The notes under the pieces: generated by a model
The model's database searches: none
What the model was told of the DNA's origin: nothing
What the model saw: the letters and a program-made list of their open reading frames with translations, nothing else
Shown: positions 25,383 through 38,149 of the stretch, in pieces
Position numbering within the stretch: the first letter of the stretch is position 1
How the letters are laid out: every line of letters starts with the position of its first letter
Made by a program: the position numbers and the translations under genes
Assembly (NCBI RefSeq): GCF_004010195.1
Contig: NC_057756.1
Span: 4,761,164 to 4,825,163, forward strand
Source of the DNA: Chiloscyllium plagiosum
Taxonomy: Eukaryota
DNA: 64,000 bases
Direction of reading: 5' to 3'

Positions 25383-26296
25383 GCAATGTCACACGAAGGG
25401 TATTTTAATTTGTTCTCAATGGCTGACGCAATCAGCGATTGCAATTCCCGCTATAATTGAGGGGTTTAAGGGAGGTGTTCAAAAAGGTTGTAATCATCCA
25501 CTTCCCTGAACTGCTGCAGTCCAGGGCAGTGCATTGCTTAGCAAGAGAGTTAGGAGGGATACGCAGTTCCAGGATATTAGTGATTAACACTGCTGACCAT
25601 TAACAAATGTGTATAAATCTTTGGCAGCGAATGATTAGGACAGCAAAGGGTTTTTTTTTTCCATTCGTTCGCAGGATTTGAGCATCACTGGATTTTGGCA
25701 CAGCATTTATTCCTCATTCCTATCCCCATCAAAGTGGGAGAATTGCAGAGGCTCATTACTTTGGAGAAACAGAACGTAGCAGAATTTAAACTGCAGCTTT
25801 CTCTGTTTCTGCTTCCAGTCTGGCCATTGAGATGAAATTGATTTCGAGACAAGAATCTTATTGATGATATTAGTTAAATTATCTTTTCCATGATACAAAT
25901 TGGTGAACGAGTTAGAGGCTGTAATCTAACCGAGGGTCTTGTTGTGGTTTATATATAGATTAACAGCAATGCTGCTGTGAGTTACAAATTGTAATCTAAT
26001 CAAGGGGGTCTGTGGACTTATATGTACAATAACAGATATCGTGGAGTGAGTTACAAACTATAATCTAATTGATGGGTTCACTGTGGATTAAAAACAGGAT
26101 ATTTGCTTATGTGTGTGTGCGCCTGTCTGTGTGTGTTTCTGTGTATGTCTGTGTGTGTTTGTGCGCCTGTCTGTGTGTGTTTCTGTGTGTCTATCTTCGT
26201 ATGTCTTTGCGTGTGTGTGTGTATACATCTCAGTTGAACTGTGTTTGTGGCTATGTGTTTTTGTGAGCAAGTGTATATCGGTGTGTGTATTAAAAG

Positions 26297-27122
26297 AACA
26301 TAGAACAGTACGTCATAGTGCAGGCCCTTTGACCCTCAATGTTGTGTTGACTTTTATCCTACTCTAAGCTCAAGCTAACCCACATACCCTTCATTTTACT
26401 ATCACCCATGTGCCTATCTAAGAGTGTCCGTAATGTACTTGACTCTAAAACCACTGCATTTCACACACCTACCACTCTCTGTGCAAAGAACCCACCTCTG
26501 ACATCTATCCTAAACCTTTCTCCAATCACCTTAAAATTATGCCCCCTTTTGATAGCCATTTCTGTCCTGGGACAAAGTATCTGACTATCCACTCTATCTA
26601 TGCCTCTCAACACCTTGTACATCGCTATCAAGTCACCCCCCATCCTCCTTCGCTCCAATGAGAAAAGCCCTAGATCCCTCAACCTTTCTTCATAAGACAT
26701 GCCCTCCAGTCCAGGCAGCATCCTGGTATATCTCCTCTGCACTCTCTCTAAAGCTTCTACATCCCTTCTATAATGAGGCGACCAGAACTGAACACAAAAT
26801 TCCATGTGGGGGCTAACCAGTGCTTTATAAAGCTTCAGCATAACCTCACAGCTCTTAATCCCCCTGCTAATGAAAGCCAACACACCATTCGCCTGCTTAA
26901 CAACCCGATCAACTTGTGTGACAACTATGAGGGATTTTTGGATATGGACCCCAAAATCCCTCTGTTCCTCCACATTGCCAAGAATCCTGCCATTAACCTT
27001 GTATTCTGTTTTCAAAGTTGAACTTCTAAAGTCAATCACTTCACAATTTTCCAGGTTGAATTCCATCTGCCACTTCTCAGCCCTGTTTTGCATCCTGTTA
27101 ATGTCCTGTTGCAACCTACAAT
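26297..27122 (-). mobile_element. CR1/HER1 3' portion (copy in duplication unit 1)
   Basis: ORF 26461-27132 KWQMEFN...CVQFWSP; tail agaacatagaac. Confidence 0.92.
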
Positions 27123-28385
27123 AGATGCCCATTGTTATTACGAGTCTGCCATTGATCAGAACCAGATTCGTCAGTGCAAGGTGGATGTGTGGTAGTGTAA
27201 ATACAAAGGGAAGGTCAAAGGATTACAGATAATGCAGTGTGGAAATGCTAATTAATCTTCAATTAGAGGTCATTTCACAAAGGGGATCTACTCTTTGATA
27301 CCGAATTAATGCACCAGCAAATATTAACTGAACAATTTGCAAGATCACCTGAAACAATGTCATAGAAAGGGTATTTTAATTTGTTCTCAATGACTGACAC
27401 GATCAGCGAAGACCGGCCCACTATAATTGACCTTGAAAAGGTTGTAATTATCTGTCTTCCTGAACTGCTGCAGTTCAGGGCAGTGCACTGTTAGGAGGGA
27501 CGCAGTTCCGGAATATTAGTGGTTAGCACTGCTGACTCACAGCAACTGTGTATAAATCTCTGGCAGCGAGTGATTAGGACAGCAGAGGGGTTTTTTTTCA
27601 TTGGTTCATGGGATTTGAGCATCACTGGGTTTGGGCCCAGCATTTATTCCCCATTCCTATCTCCATCAAAGTGGGAGAATTGCAGAGGCTGATTACTTTG
27701 GAGAAACAGAACGTGGCACAACTTAAACTGCAGCTTTTTCTGTTTCTGTTTCCAGTTTGGCCAGTGAGATTAAATTGATTTAGAGACTGGAATCTAATTG
27801 ATGATATCAATTCATTTATCTTTTACACAATACAATACAATACAAATTGGTGAGGGAGTTAGAGACTGTAATCTAATCAAGGGGATTGTTGTGGTTTATG
27901 TATAGATTAACAGCAATGTAATCTAATCAATGGGTCTGTGGATTTATATGTACAATAACAGATATTGAGGAGTGAGTTACAGACTAGAATCTAATCAATG
28001 GGATTAAAAATGAGATATTTGCCTGTGTCTGTGCCTGTAGGGGTGTGAGTGTGTGTATGTGTATCTGTGTGTGTGTGTGTTTCTGTGTATGTCTGCCTGT
28101 GTGTGTGTTCTGTGTGCGTCTGCTTCTCTCTGCATGTGTTTGTTTGTCTGTCTGTCTATCTGTCTAGGAGGAGAAAGTGAGGTCTGCAGATGCTGGAGAT
28201 CAGAGCTGAAAATGTGTTGCTGGAACAGCGCAGCAGGTCAGGCAGCATCCAGGGAACAGGAGAATCGACGTTTCGGGCATAAGCCCTTCTTCAGGAATGT
28301 GTCTATCTGTCTATCCCTGTTGAACTATCTCTGTGTTTGTGGCTATATGTGTTTGTGAGCCATGGTATATTGGTGTGTACATTGA
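27123..28385 (-). pseudogene. Tandem duplicate of the B12-binder promoter, 5'UTR and first ~10 coding nt; TATA box deleted
   Basis: Colinear with 25134-26296 (agatgcccattgttattacgag..., ttaatgcaccagcaaatattaactg...). Confidence 0.85.
28167..28298 (-). mobile_element. Penelope terminal fragment with intact hammerhead core (28263-28297)
   Basis: Flanked by direct repeat tgtctatctgtcta; absent from duplication unit 1. Confidence 0.8.
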
Positions 28386-31300
28386 GAGAACATAGAACAG
28401 TACAGCACAGTTCAGGCTCTTTGGCCCTTGATGCTGTGCTGAACTTTTATCCTACCCTAAGATCAAAGCAATCTATTCACCCTCCATTTTACTATTATTA
28501 ATGTGCCTATCCAATAATCGCTTAAATATCCCTAATGCATCTGACTCTATTACCACTGCTGGCAGTGCATTCCATGCACCCACCACTCTCTGTGTAAAGA
28601 ACCTACCTCTGACATTTCCCCTAAACCTTCCTTCAACCATCTAAAAATTATGGTCACTTGTGATAGCCATTTCTGCCCTGGGAAAAAGTCTCTGACTATC
28701 CACTCTATCTATGCCTCTCATAGTCTTGTACACCTCTATCAAGTCACCTCTCATCGTTCTTCGCCCCAATGAGAAAAGCCCCAGCTCCCTCAACCTTTCT
28801 TCATAAGACATGCCCTCCAGTCCAGGCAGCATCCTGGGAAATCTCTTCTACACCCTCTCCAAAGCTTCCACATCCTTCCTATTCTAAAAGAGGGTGAGGC
28901 GGGGGAGGGGGGGGTGGTGCGGCATTGATGGTCAAGGACAGTATTAAGGTGGCAGAAAGGGCGTTTGAGGCTTCCTGAAGAAGGGCTAATGCCCGAAACG
29001 TCGATTCTCCTGTTCCCTAGATGCTGCCTGACCTTTTCCAGCAACACATTTCCAGCTCTGATCTCCAGCATCTGCAGACCTCACTTTCTCCTCCACGTTT
29101 GAGGATTTGCCTACTCAGGGAGTATGGGCTAAGGTTAGAAACAGGAAAGGAGAGGTCACCCTGTTGGGAGTTTTCTATAGGCCTCTGAATAGTTCCAGAG
29201 ATGTAGAGGAAAGGATAGCAAAGATGATCCTCGATAGGAGCAAGAGTGACAGGGTAGTTGTTATGGAGGACTTTAACTTTCCAAATATTGACAGAGAATA
29301 CTATAGTTCAAGTAGTTTAGATGGGTCAGTTTTTGTACAATGTGTGCGGGAAGGTTTCCTGAACCATATGTAGACAGGCCAACAAGGGGTGAGGCCACAT
29401 TACATTTGGTACTGGGTAATGAACCTGGCCAGGTGTTAGATATGGAGGTAGGTGAGCACTTTCGTAATAGTGACTACAATTCAGTTCTGTATATGATGGA
29501 AAGGAATAGGTATATACTGCAAAGGAAGCGTTATAGCTCAAGGAAAGGCAATTATGATGCAATTAGGCAAGATTTAGGATACATAGGATGGCGAAGGAAC
29601 TGCAGTGGATGGGCACATTGAAATGTGGAACTTATTCAAGGAACAACTGCAGCGGGATCCTTGATAAGTATGTACCTGTCAGGCAGATGGAAGTTGTCGA
29701 GAACAGGAGCCATGGTTTACTAAGGAAGTTGAATCCCTTGTCAAGAGGGAGAACATGGCTTATGTTAGGATGAAATGTGATGGCTCAGTGAGGGCGATTG
29801 AGAGTTACACGATAGCCAGGAAGGACCTAATGGGAGAGCTAAGGAGAGCCAGGAGGGGACATGAGAAGTCTTTGGCAGATAGGATCAAGGAAAACGCTAA
29901 GGCTTTCTATAGGTATATCGGGAATAAAAGAATGATGAGAGAAAGATGAGGGACAAACAAGGACAGTAGTGGGAAGTTGTGCATGGGGTCTGAGGAGATG
30001 GGGACGCACTAAATGAATATTTTTTGTCAGTATTCACACTAGAAAAAGACAATGTTGTCGAGTACAATACTGAGATACAGGCTACAGACAAGAGGGAACT
30101 AAGGTTCACAAGAAGGAGGTGTTAGCAATTCTGAAAAGTGTAAAATTAGGTAAATCACCTGGTCCTGATGGGATTTATCTTAGGATTCTCTGGGAAGCCA
30201 GGGAGGAAATTGCCGACCCTTTGGGTTTGATCTTTATGTCATCATTGTTTACAGGATTAGTGCCAGAAGACTAGAGGATAGCAAATATTGTTCCCATCTT
30301 CAAGAAGGGGAGTAGAGACAAACTTGGAAATTATAGAGCAGTGAGCCTTACTTTGGTTGTGGGTAAAGTGTTGGAAAAGGTTATAAGAGACAGATTTATA
30401 ATCACTGGAATGGAATAGGTTGATTAGAGATAGTCAACAAACCTTACTGAGTTCTTTGAGAAGGTGACCAAACAGGTGGTTGAGGGTAAAGTGGTTGATG
30501 TGGTGTGTTTGGATTTCAGTAAGACATTTGGTAAAGTTCCCCATGGTAGGCTATTGCACAAAATATGGAGGCATGGGATTGAGGGTGATTTAGCGGTTTG
30601 GATCAGAAATTGGCTAGCTGAAAGAAGACAGAGGGTGGTGGTTGATGGGAAATATTCATCCTGGAGTTGTTACTTGTGGTGTACCACAAGGATCTGTTTT
30701 GGGTCAACTGCTGTTTGTCTTTTCATAAATGACCTGGATGAGGGCATAGAAGGACGGGTTAGTAAATTTGTGGATGACACTAAGGTCAGTAGAGTTGTGG
30801 ATAGTGACGAAGAATGTTGCAGAGATAGATAAATTGCAAAGCTGGGCTGAGGTGGCAAATGGAGATTAATGCAAAAAAGTGTGAGGTGATTCACTTTGGA
30901 AGGAGTAACAGGAATGCAGAGTACTGGGCTAATGTTAAGATATTTGGTTGTGCAGATGAGCAGAGAGATCTCGGTATCCAGGTACATAGATCCTTGAAAG
31001 TTGCCACCCAGATTGAAAGGATTATTAAGAAGGCATAAGGTGTATTAGCTTTTATTGGTAGAGGAATTGAGTTTCAGACCAATGACGTCATACTGCAACT
31101 GTACAAAACTCTGGTGCGGCCGCACTTGGAGTATTGTGTACAGCTCTGGATACTTGGAAGCATTGGAAAAGTTTCAGAGGGAATTTACTGTGATGTTGCC
31201 TGGTATGGAGGGAAGGTCTTATGAGGAAAGGCTGAGGGACATGAGGCTGTTTTCGTTAAAGAGAAGTAGGTTTAAAGGTGAATTAATTGTGACACATAAG

Positions 31301-34020
31301 ATAATCAGACGGTTAGATAGGGTGGACAGTGAGAGCCTTTTTCCTCAGATGGTGATAGTGAGCAAAGGGAACATAGCCTTAAATTGAGGGGTGATAGATA
31401 TAGGACAGATGTCAGAAGTAGCTTCTTTACTCAGGGGGTGGTATGCATGTGGAACGGCCTGCCTGCAACACTAGTAGACTCGTCAAATTTAAGGGAATTT
31501 AAATGGTCATTGGATAAACAAATGGATAAAAATGCAAGAGTGTAGGTTAGATGGGCTTCAGATTGATTTCACAGTTTGAAGGCCGAAGGGTCTGTACTGC
31601 GCTGTCAATTTCCCTGTTCTATGTTCTGTAATGAGGCAACCAAAACTGAACACAATTTTCAATGTGTGGTCTAACCAGGGCTTCATACAGCTGCAGCATT
31701 ACCTCATGGCTCTTAAACTCAATCCACCTTCTTAACAACCCTATCAACTTGGGTGACAACTTTGAGGGATCTATAAACATGGATCCCAAGATCCCTCTGT
31801 TCTTCCACATTACCAAGAATCCTGCCTCCCATGTATTCTGCATTCAAATTCAATCTTCCAAAATGAATCACTTCACACTTTTCCATGTTGAAAGGGCTTA
31901 TGCCCGAAGAAGGGTTTATACCCGAAACGTTGATTCTTCTGCATTCCTGAAGAAGGGCTTATGCCCGAAACATCGATTCTCCTGCTCCTTGGATGCTGCC
32001 TGACCTGCTGCACTTTTCCACCAACACATTTTTCAGCTCTTTTGAACTCCATCTACCACTTCTCAGCCCAGTTCTTCATCTTTCAATGTCCCATTGCAAC
32101 CTAAAACAGCACCCCACACTATCCACAACTCCAACAATCTTCGTGCATTGGCAAACTTATCAAACCAGCCTTTCACTTCCTCATCCAAGTTATTTATAAA
32201 AATCATAAAGAGCAGAGGCTCCAGAACAGTTCCCTGTGGAACACCACTGTTCACTGAGCTCCAGGCTGAATACTTTCCACCTACTACCAATCTCTGTCTT
32301 CTATGGGCCAGCCAGTTTTATATCCAGACAGCCATATTTCCCTGTATCCCATGCCTCCTTACTTTCTGATTAAGCCTACCATGGGGAAACTTATCAAGCG
32401 CCTGGCTCAAATCCATATACACCATATCCACTGCTCTACCTTTATCAATGTGTTTTGTCACATTCTCAAAGAATTCAATAAGGCTTGTGAGGCATGACCT
32501 GCCCCTCACAATGCCATGATGACTATCTTGAATCAAACTACACTTTTCCAAGTAATCATAAATCCTGTCTCTTAGAATCCTCTCCAAAAGTTGCACACTA
32601 CAAATGTAAGACTGACTTGTCTGTAATTCCCAGGATTATTCCTATTCTTTTTCTTGAACAAGCGAATAACATTTTCTACCCTCCAGTCATTTGGCACCAC
32701 TCCAGTGAACAGTGAGGATGCAAAGATCAACTCCAAAGGCACAGCAATCTCTTCCCTTGCTTCCTGTAGCAACCTTAGGTTTATCCCATCTGGCCCAGGG
32801 GACTTATCTATCCTTATGTTTTTCAATATTTTCAGCACATCCTCCTTTTTAACGTCAACCTGTTCGAGCATATCAGCCTGTTTTACACTGTCCTCACAAA
32901 CATCAAGATCCCTCTCAGTGGTGAGTATTGATGCAAACCATTCATTAAGGAACTCCCCTACATCTTCCAACATCTGGCACAATTCCCTCCACAATCCCTG
33001 ATCGGCCCTACCCTCACTCTGGAGACCCCATGTTCCTCACATAAGTTTGGAATGCCTTAGAGTTTTCCTTAAATCTGCCTGATAAAGCTTTTTCATGCCC
33101 CCTTCTACCTCTCTAATGTCCATTCTTCAATTCCTTCCTTACCACCTTGGAACCCTCTAGACCCCTGTCAGATCTTTGCCTCTTGAACTTTAAGTAAGCT
33201 TCCTTTTCTTCTTGACTAGATGTTCCACATCCCTTGTCACCCAACGTTCCTTCATCCTTCCTTGGCTCAGTGGGAGAAACCTATCCAGCACTATCAGCAA
33301 GTGCTCCCTAAACAACCTCCACATTTCTGTCATGCATTCCCCTGATAATTTCCCATTTTAGGCGCCCCAGATCCTGCTCAATAGCATTGTAATTCCCCCT
33401 TCAATCAAGAGATCTGATCCGTTGCCAAGCATCAAATCCAATATGTCCTCCTCGCTATTCAACCTATCTACATATTGCATCAGGAATCCTTCCTGGACAC
33501 ACCTGAGAAAAACTGCTCCATCCAAACTATTTGAACTAAGGAGGTTCCAATCAATACTTGAAAAGTTAAAGTCATCCATGACAACAACCCTGTTACTTCT
33601 GCACCTTTCCAAAATCTACCTCCAAATCTGCTCCTCCATTTCTCTGTTGCTACTGAGGGGGTCTGTAGAAAACTCCCAATAAAATGACTGCTCCTTTCCT
33701 GCTCCTGACGTCCACTCATACCGACTCTGTAGACAAACCCTCTTCAATGCCCTCCCTTTCTGCAGATGCATTACTATCCTGGTGAGCAATGCCTCTCCCC
33801 CACCTCTTTTATCTCCCCCTCTATTCCTTTAGAAACATCAAAATCGTGAAACATCCAACAACCATTCCTGCGCCTGTGATATCCAAGTCTCCATAATGGC
33901 CACAACATTACTGTTCCAAATACTGATCTATGCTCCAAGTTCATCACCCTAATTCCTGATACTTCTTGCATTAAAATAGACACACTTCAACCCATGACAC
34001 TGACTGCAACTTAGCCCCAC
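28386..34020 (-). mobile_element. Near full-length CR1 ORF2, split at ~28881/31629 by a + strand CR1
   Basis: EN (LKCVYFNARSI, MDDFN) and RT (GKYSAW..V.SGVPQG, SCLTSLIEFFE) motifs. Confidence 0.9.
28885..31628 (+). mobile_element. CR1/HER1 LINE (decayed ORF2); carries a Penelope terminal insert at 28971-29095 with TSD cgtttgagg
   Basis: GVFYRP, LDFSK.F.KVPH, KFVDDTK motifs; TTCTATG tail. Confidence 0.9.
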
Positions 34021-34561
34021 CAACTGTGCATTGGTGTGTGTCTCTCTGTCTGTGTATGCTCCGTCTATGTGTCTCTGTGCAACGGGTTCTCTGTTGCTTT
34101 GGGGATGAATCCATTGAAATGGGGTTAACCCCTCTCTGCCTTTCTCTCTGAGTCTATACCTCTTGTGTTGAAATTGAAAAATGTTCACGGTTATGTGTGT
34201 TTCCATATGTCTGTGTCTCTGTGCGTTGGTGTCTGTGTATCTATCTCAGGCTGCAAGGGGCTCACTGGAGGGAGGTTTCAATGAATGAATTAATTAAAAA
34301 GTGATGAGTCACAGTGTCACACTCTCTGTTGTGTTTAAGTGATACAATGCCACTCTTTTTTTGGAGAAAGCATCACAACCTGAATCTCTCACGTTGCACA
34401 TTTATTTCATTCTCAAACAAGGTTTTTGGAGATGTAGAGCAGTTTTGTCTGATTAATGTTGCCCTTAGATGTGAGCAGAAGGATATGATCAAAGTGCTGG
34501 TCTTACTCCCCTCCTGTTTTCAAGTCTTTTCTCAATTAGAATCTGAGAGTAAATTACAAAA

Positions 34562-37500
34562 CATAGTGAGATGCCCACGAGATTGTGAGATGAGCAACAG
34601 TCAGAGAGTGCAGCTTAACATGTGGCTGCGAGGCTGGTGCAGGAGGGAGGGCTTCAGATACCTAGACCATTGGGATACCTTCTGGAGAAGGTGGGACCTG
34701 TACATGAAGGATGGGTTGTACCTGAACTGGAGGGGCACAAATGTCCTGGGTGGGAGATTAGTTTGTGTGATTTGGGAGGGTTTAAACTGGTTTGACAGAG
34801 GATTGGGAATCAGAGTCACATGTCTGAGAGGAGGTCAGTTGCAGATGGGGCAGTGACAGGGTGTATTGAATCTATCAGGAAGGTTTCTCACGCTTTGATG
34901 AAACAAAGGGATCAGTTAAAGTGTGTCTGCTTTAATTCAAGGAGTGTCCGAAATAAGAGTAATGAACTTAGAGCATGGATCAGTACTTGGGTCTACGATG
35001 TTGTGGCCATAACAGAGATGTGGGTTTCACAGGGGCAGAAATGGTTGCTTCATGTTCCATGGTTTAGAATGTTTAAAAAGAACAGGGAGAGTGGAAAAAG
35101 AGGGGGAGGGGGTAGCATTGCTAATCAGAGAGTTCATCACAGCTACGGAAATGAAGGTTGTTGAGGAAGGTTTGTCTACTGAGTCAGTATGGGTGGGAGT
35201 TAGGAACAGCAAGGAAACAGCCACTGCATTGGGGTTTTCGACAGAACACCTGTGGGCGGGACGGTGGCACAGTGGTTAGCACAACTGCCTCACAGCGCTA
35301 GAGACCCGGGTTCAATTCCCGCCTCAGGTGACTCTCTGTGTGGAGTTTGCACATTCTCCCCGTGTCTGCGTGGGTTTCCTCCGGGTGCTCCGGTTTCCTC
35401 CCACAATCCAAAAATGTGCAGGTTAGGTGAATTGCCCGTAGTGTTAGGTGAAGAGGTAAATGTAGGGGAATGGGTCTGGGTGGGTTGCGCTTCGGCGGGT
35501 CAGTGTGGACTTGTTGGGCCGAAGGGCCTGTTTCCACACTGTAAGTAATCTAATCTAACCTAATAGCAGTAGAGAGATTGAAGATCGCATAGGCAGGCCG
35601 ATTCTGGAAAAATGCAAAAGTAGCAGGGTTGTTGTTATGGGTGATTTCAACTTGCCCAATATCGACTGGAACCACCTAAGTGCAGATGGTTTGGATGGAA
35701 CAGTTTTTGTCAGGTGTGCTCAGGAAGGTTTCCTTACTCCCGACGAGGCCATTTTGGATTTGGTGCTCGGCAATGAGCCAGGACTTGTGTCAGATCTCTT
35801 GGTGACAGTGATCACAACTGCCTCACATTTAGCATCGCCTTGGGGAATGAAAGGAGCAGTTACCGAGGGAAGATATTTAATTGGGGGAAAGGAAATTATG
35901 ACACTATCAGATAGGAGTACAAACTGGAAGCAATTGTTCCACAGAAAGGGCACAGCAGACATGTGGAGACTGTTTAAGGAGCAGTTGTTGCGAGTGATGC
36001 ACGAATTTGTTCCTCTGAGTCGGGTAAGATTAAGGAACCTTGGATGACGAGAACAGAGGAACTTCTCATCAAAAGGAAGAAGGCAGCTGGAGGAAGCAAG
36101 GACCTACCACAGCTTTTGAGGATTACAGGCTTGCTAGAAAGGAGCTCAGAAATGGACTGAGGAGATCAAGGAGGGGGCACAAAAAAAGGCTTGGCAAGAA
36201 GGATTAGGGAGAACTCATACGTGAGGAATTAGGGAATGATCAGGGAGAAGGTAGGGCCGATCAGGGATAGCAGAGGGAACTTGTGCGTGGAGTCTGAGCA
36301 GATAAGGGAAGCCCTAAATGAGGTTTTTGCTTTGGTTTTCACCAAGGAAAGAGAACTTGTTGTAAATGAAAACTTAGAGGAGCTGAGATACAGGCTTGAA
36401 CAGATCAAGATTGATGAAGTTGATGTGCTGGAATTTTTGGAAAACGTTAAGATTGATAAGTCCTCAGGGCCAGACCAGATTTATCCCAGGCTGCTCCAGG
36501 AAGCGAGAAAGGAGGTTGCTAAGCGACTGGCGAGGGTATTTGCCTCCTCACTCTCCACAGGAGTCGTACCAGTGGAATTGGAAGGAGGCGAATGTTGTTC
36601 CTCTTTTCAAGAAGGGTAATAGGGAAATCCCTGGCGATTACAGACCAGTCAGTCATACGTCTGTGGTCAGCAAAACATAATGTGATTAAAAACAGTCAAC
36701 ATGGCTTTGTGAGAGGCAGATCATGCCTCACAAATCTTACTGAGTTCTTTGAGGAGGTGTCAAGACAGGTCAACGATGGTCAAGCAGTGGATGTGGTGTA
36801 TATGGACTTCAGCAAGGCATTGACTTCAGCAAGGCATTTGATAAAGTTTCCCATGGTAGGCTCATTCATAAAGTCAGGAAGTATGGTATACAGGGACATT
36901 TGACTATCTGGATTCAGAATTGGTTGGCTGACAGAAGGCAGAGAGTGGTTTTGGATGGAAAGTATTCTGCCTGGAGGTTAGTGTTGAGTGGGGTCCTGCA
37001 GGGCTCTGTTCTTGGGCCTCTGCTCTTTGTAGTTTTTATAAATGACTTGGATGCGGAGGTTGAGGGGTGGGTTAGTAAATTTGCAGATGACACAAAGGTT
37101 GGAGGTGTCGTCGATAGTACAGAGGGTTACTGCAGGCTGCAGCACGACATAGACAGGATGCAGAGCTGGGCTGAGAAATGGCAGATGGAGTTCAACCTGG
37201 ATAAATGTGAGGTGATGCATTTTGGAAGGTCGAACTCGAATGCTGAATATAGGAGTGAAGACAGGATTCTTGGCAGTATGGAGGAACAGAGGGATCTGGG
37301 TGTGCAAGTACATAGATCCCTCAAAGTTGCCACCCAACTAGATAGGGTTGTTAAGAAAGCACGTGGTGCTTTGGCTTTCATTAACAGGGGAATAGAGTTT
37401 AAGAGCTGTGAGGTTTTGCTGCAGCTCTACAAGTCCCTGGTGAGACCACACTTGAAATATTGTGTCCAGTTCTGGTCCCCCTCCTGTAGGGAAGATACAG

Positions 37501-37981
37501 AGGCTTTGGAGAGGGTGCAAAGCAGGTTTACCAGGACGCTGCCTGGACTGGAGGGCTTGCCTTATGAAGGTTGAATAAGCTCAGACTTTTCTGTCTGGAG
37601 AGAAGGAGGAAGAGAGGAGACCTGATCGAAGTGTACAAAATAATGAGTGGAATAGATAGAGTCAATAGCCAGAGATGTTTCCCCAGGGCAGGATTGACTG
37701 GTACAAGAAGTCATAATTTGAAGATATTAGGAGGAAGGTATAAAGGAGATGTCAGAGGTCGGTTCTTTATGCAGAGAGTTGTGAATGCATGGAATGCGTT
37801 GCCAGCGATGGTGGTGGAAGCAGAGTCATTGGGGATATTTAAGCGACTGCTGGACATGGACATGGAGAGCAGTGAGTTGAGGGGTGGGTAGGTTAAGTTA
37901 CTATATTTTACATTAGGATTAAACCTCAGCACAACATCGTGGGCCAAAGGGCCTGTTCTATGCTGTACTTTTCTATGTTCT
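34562..37981 (+). mobile_element. CR1 LINE with ORF1 esterase remnant and ORF2; TSD attacaaaa (34553-34561 / 37982-37990)
   Basis: LNMWLRGWC...DGLYLN (SGNH esterase-like ORF1); FADDTK RT motif. Confidence 0.92.
35254..35558 (+). mobile_element. HE1 SINE nested in CR1
   Basis: Pol III A box TGGCACAGTGG, B box GGTTCAATTCC, (TCTAA)n tail. Confidence 0.9.
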
Positions 37982-38149
37982 ATTACAAAATGCAGGAAGC
38001 GCAACAAAATTCACTATGTCTCCTGACAACACAGTTCACTCGGAGGCACCTGCATACAGTTGCAACGGAAATACTTGCTCTAATGTGGATCATGTGAGGA
38101 AAACTGCCCAAAGACATTGCAGAAGGAACAGACACATTTCTAAACATGA

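Noticed and set aside
35254..35330. tRNA gene (A and B boxes)
   Set aside because: It is the tRNA-derived head of an HE1 SINE, followed by the SINE body and tail; the same applies to the other copies
36900..37574. 224-aa ORF as a host gene or active reverse transcriptase
   Set aside because: Fragment of a frameshifted CR1 ORF2
37983..38049. Possible relic last exon of a second B12-binder copy (cag|GT GCC TCC GAG TGA... reading GASE*TVLSGDIVNF; AATAAA near 34400 once the CR1 is removed)
   Set aside because: Weak acceptor, stop where Tyr is expected, short match and no other exon remnants; cannot be separated from chance
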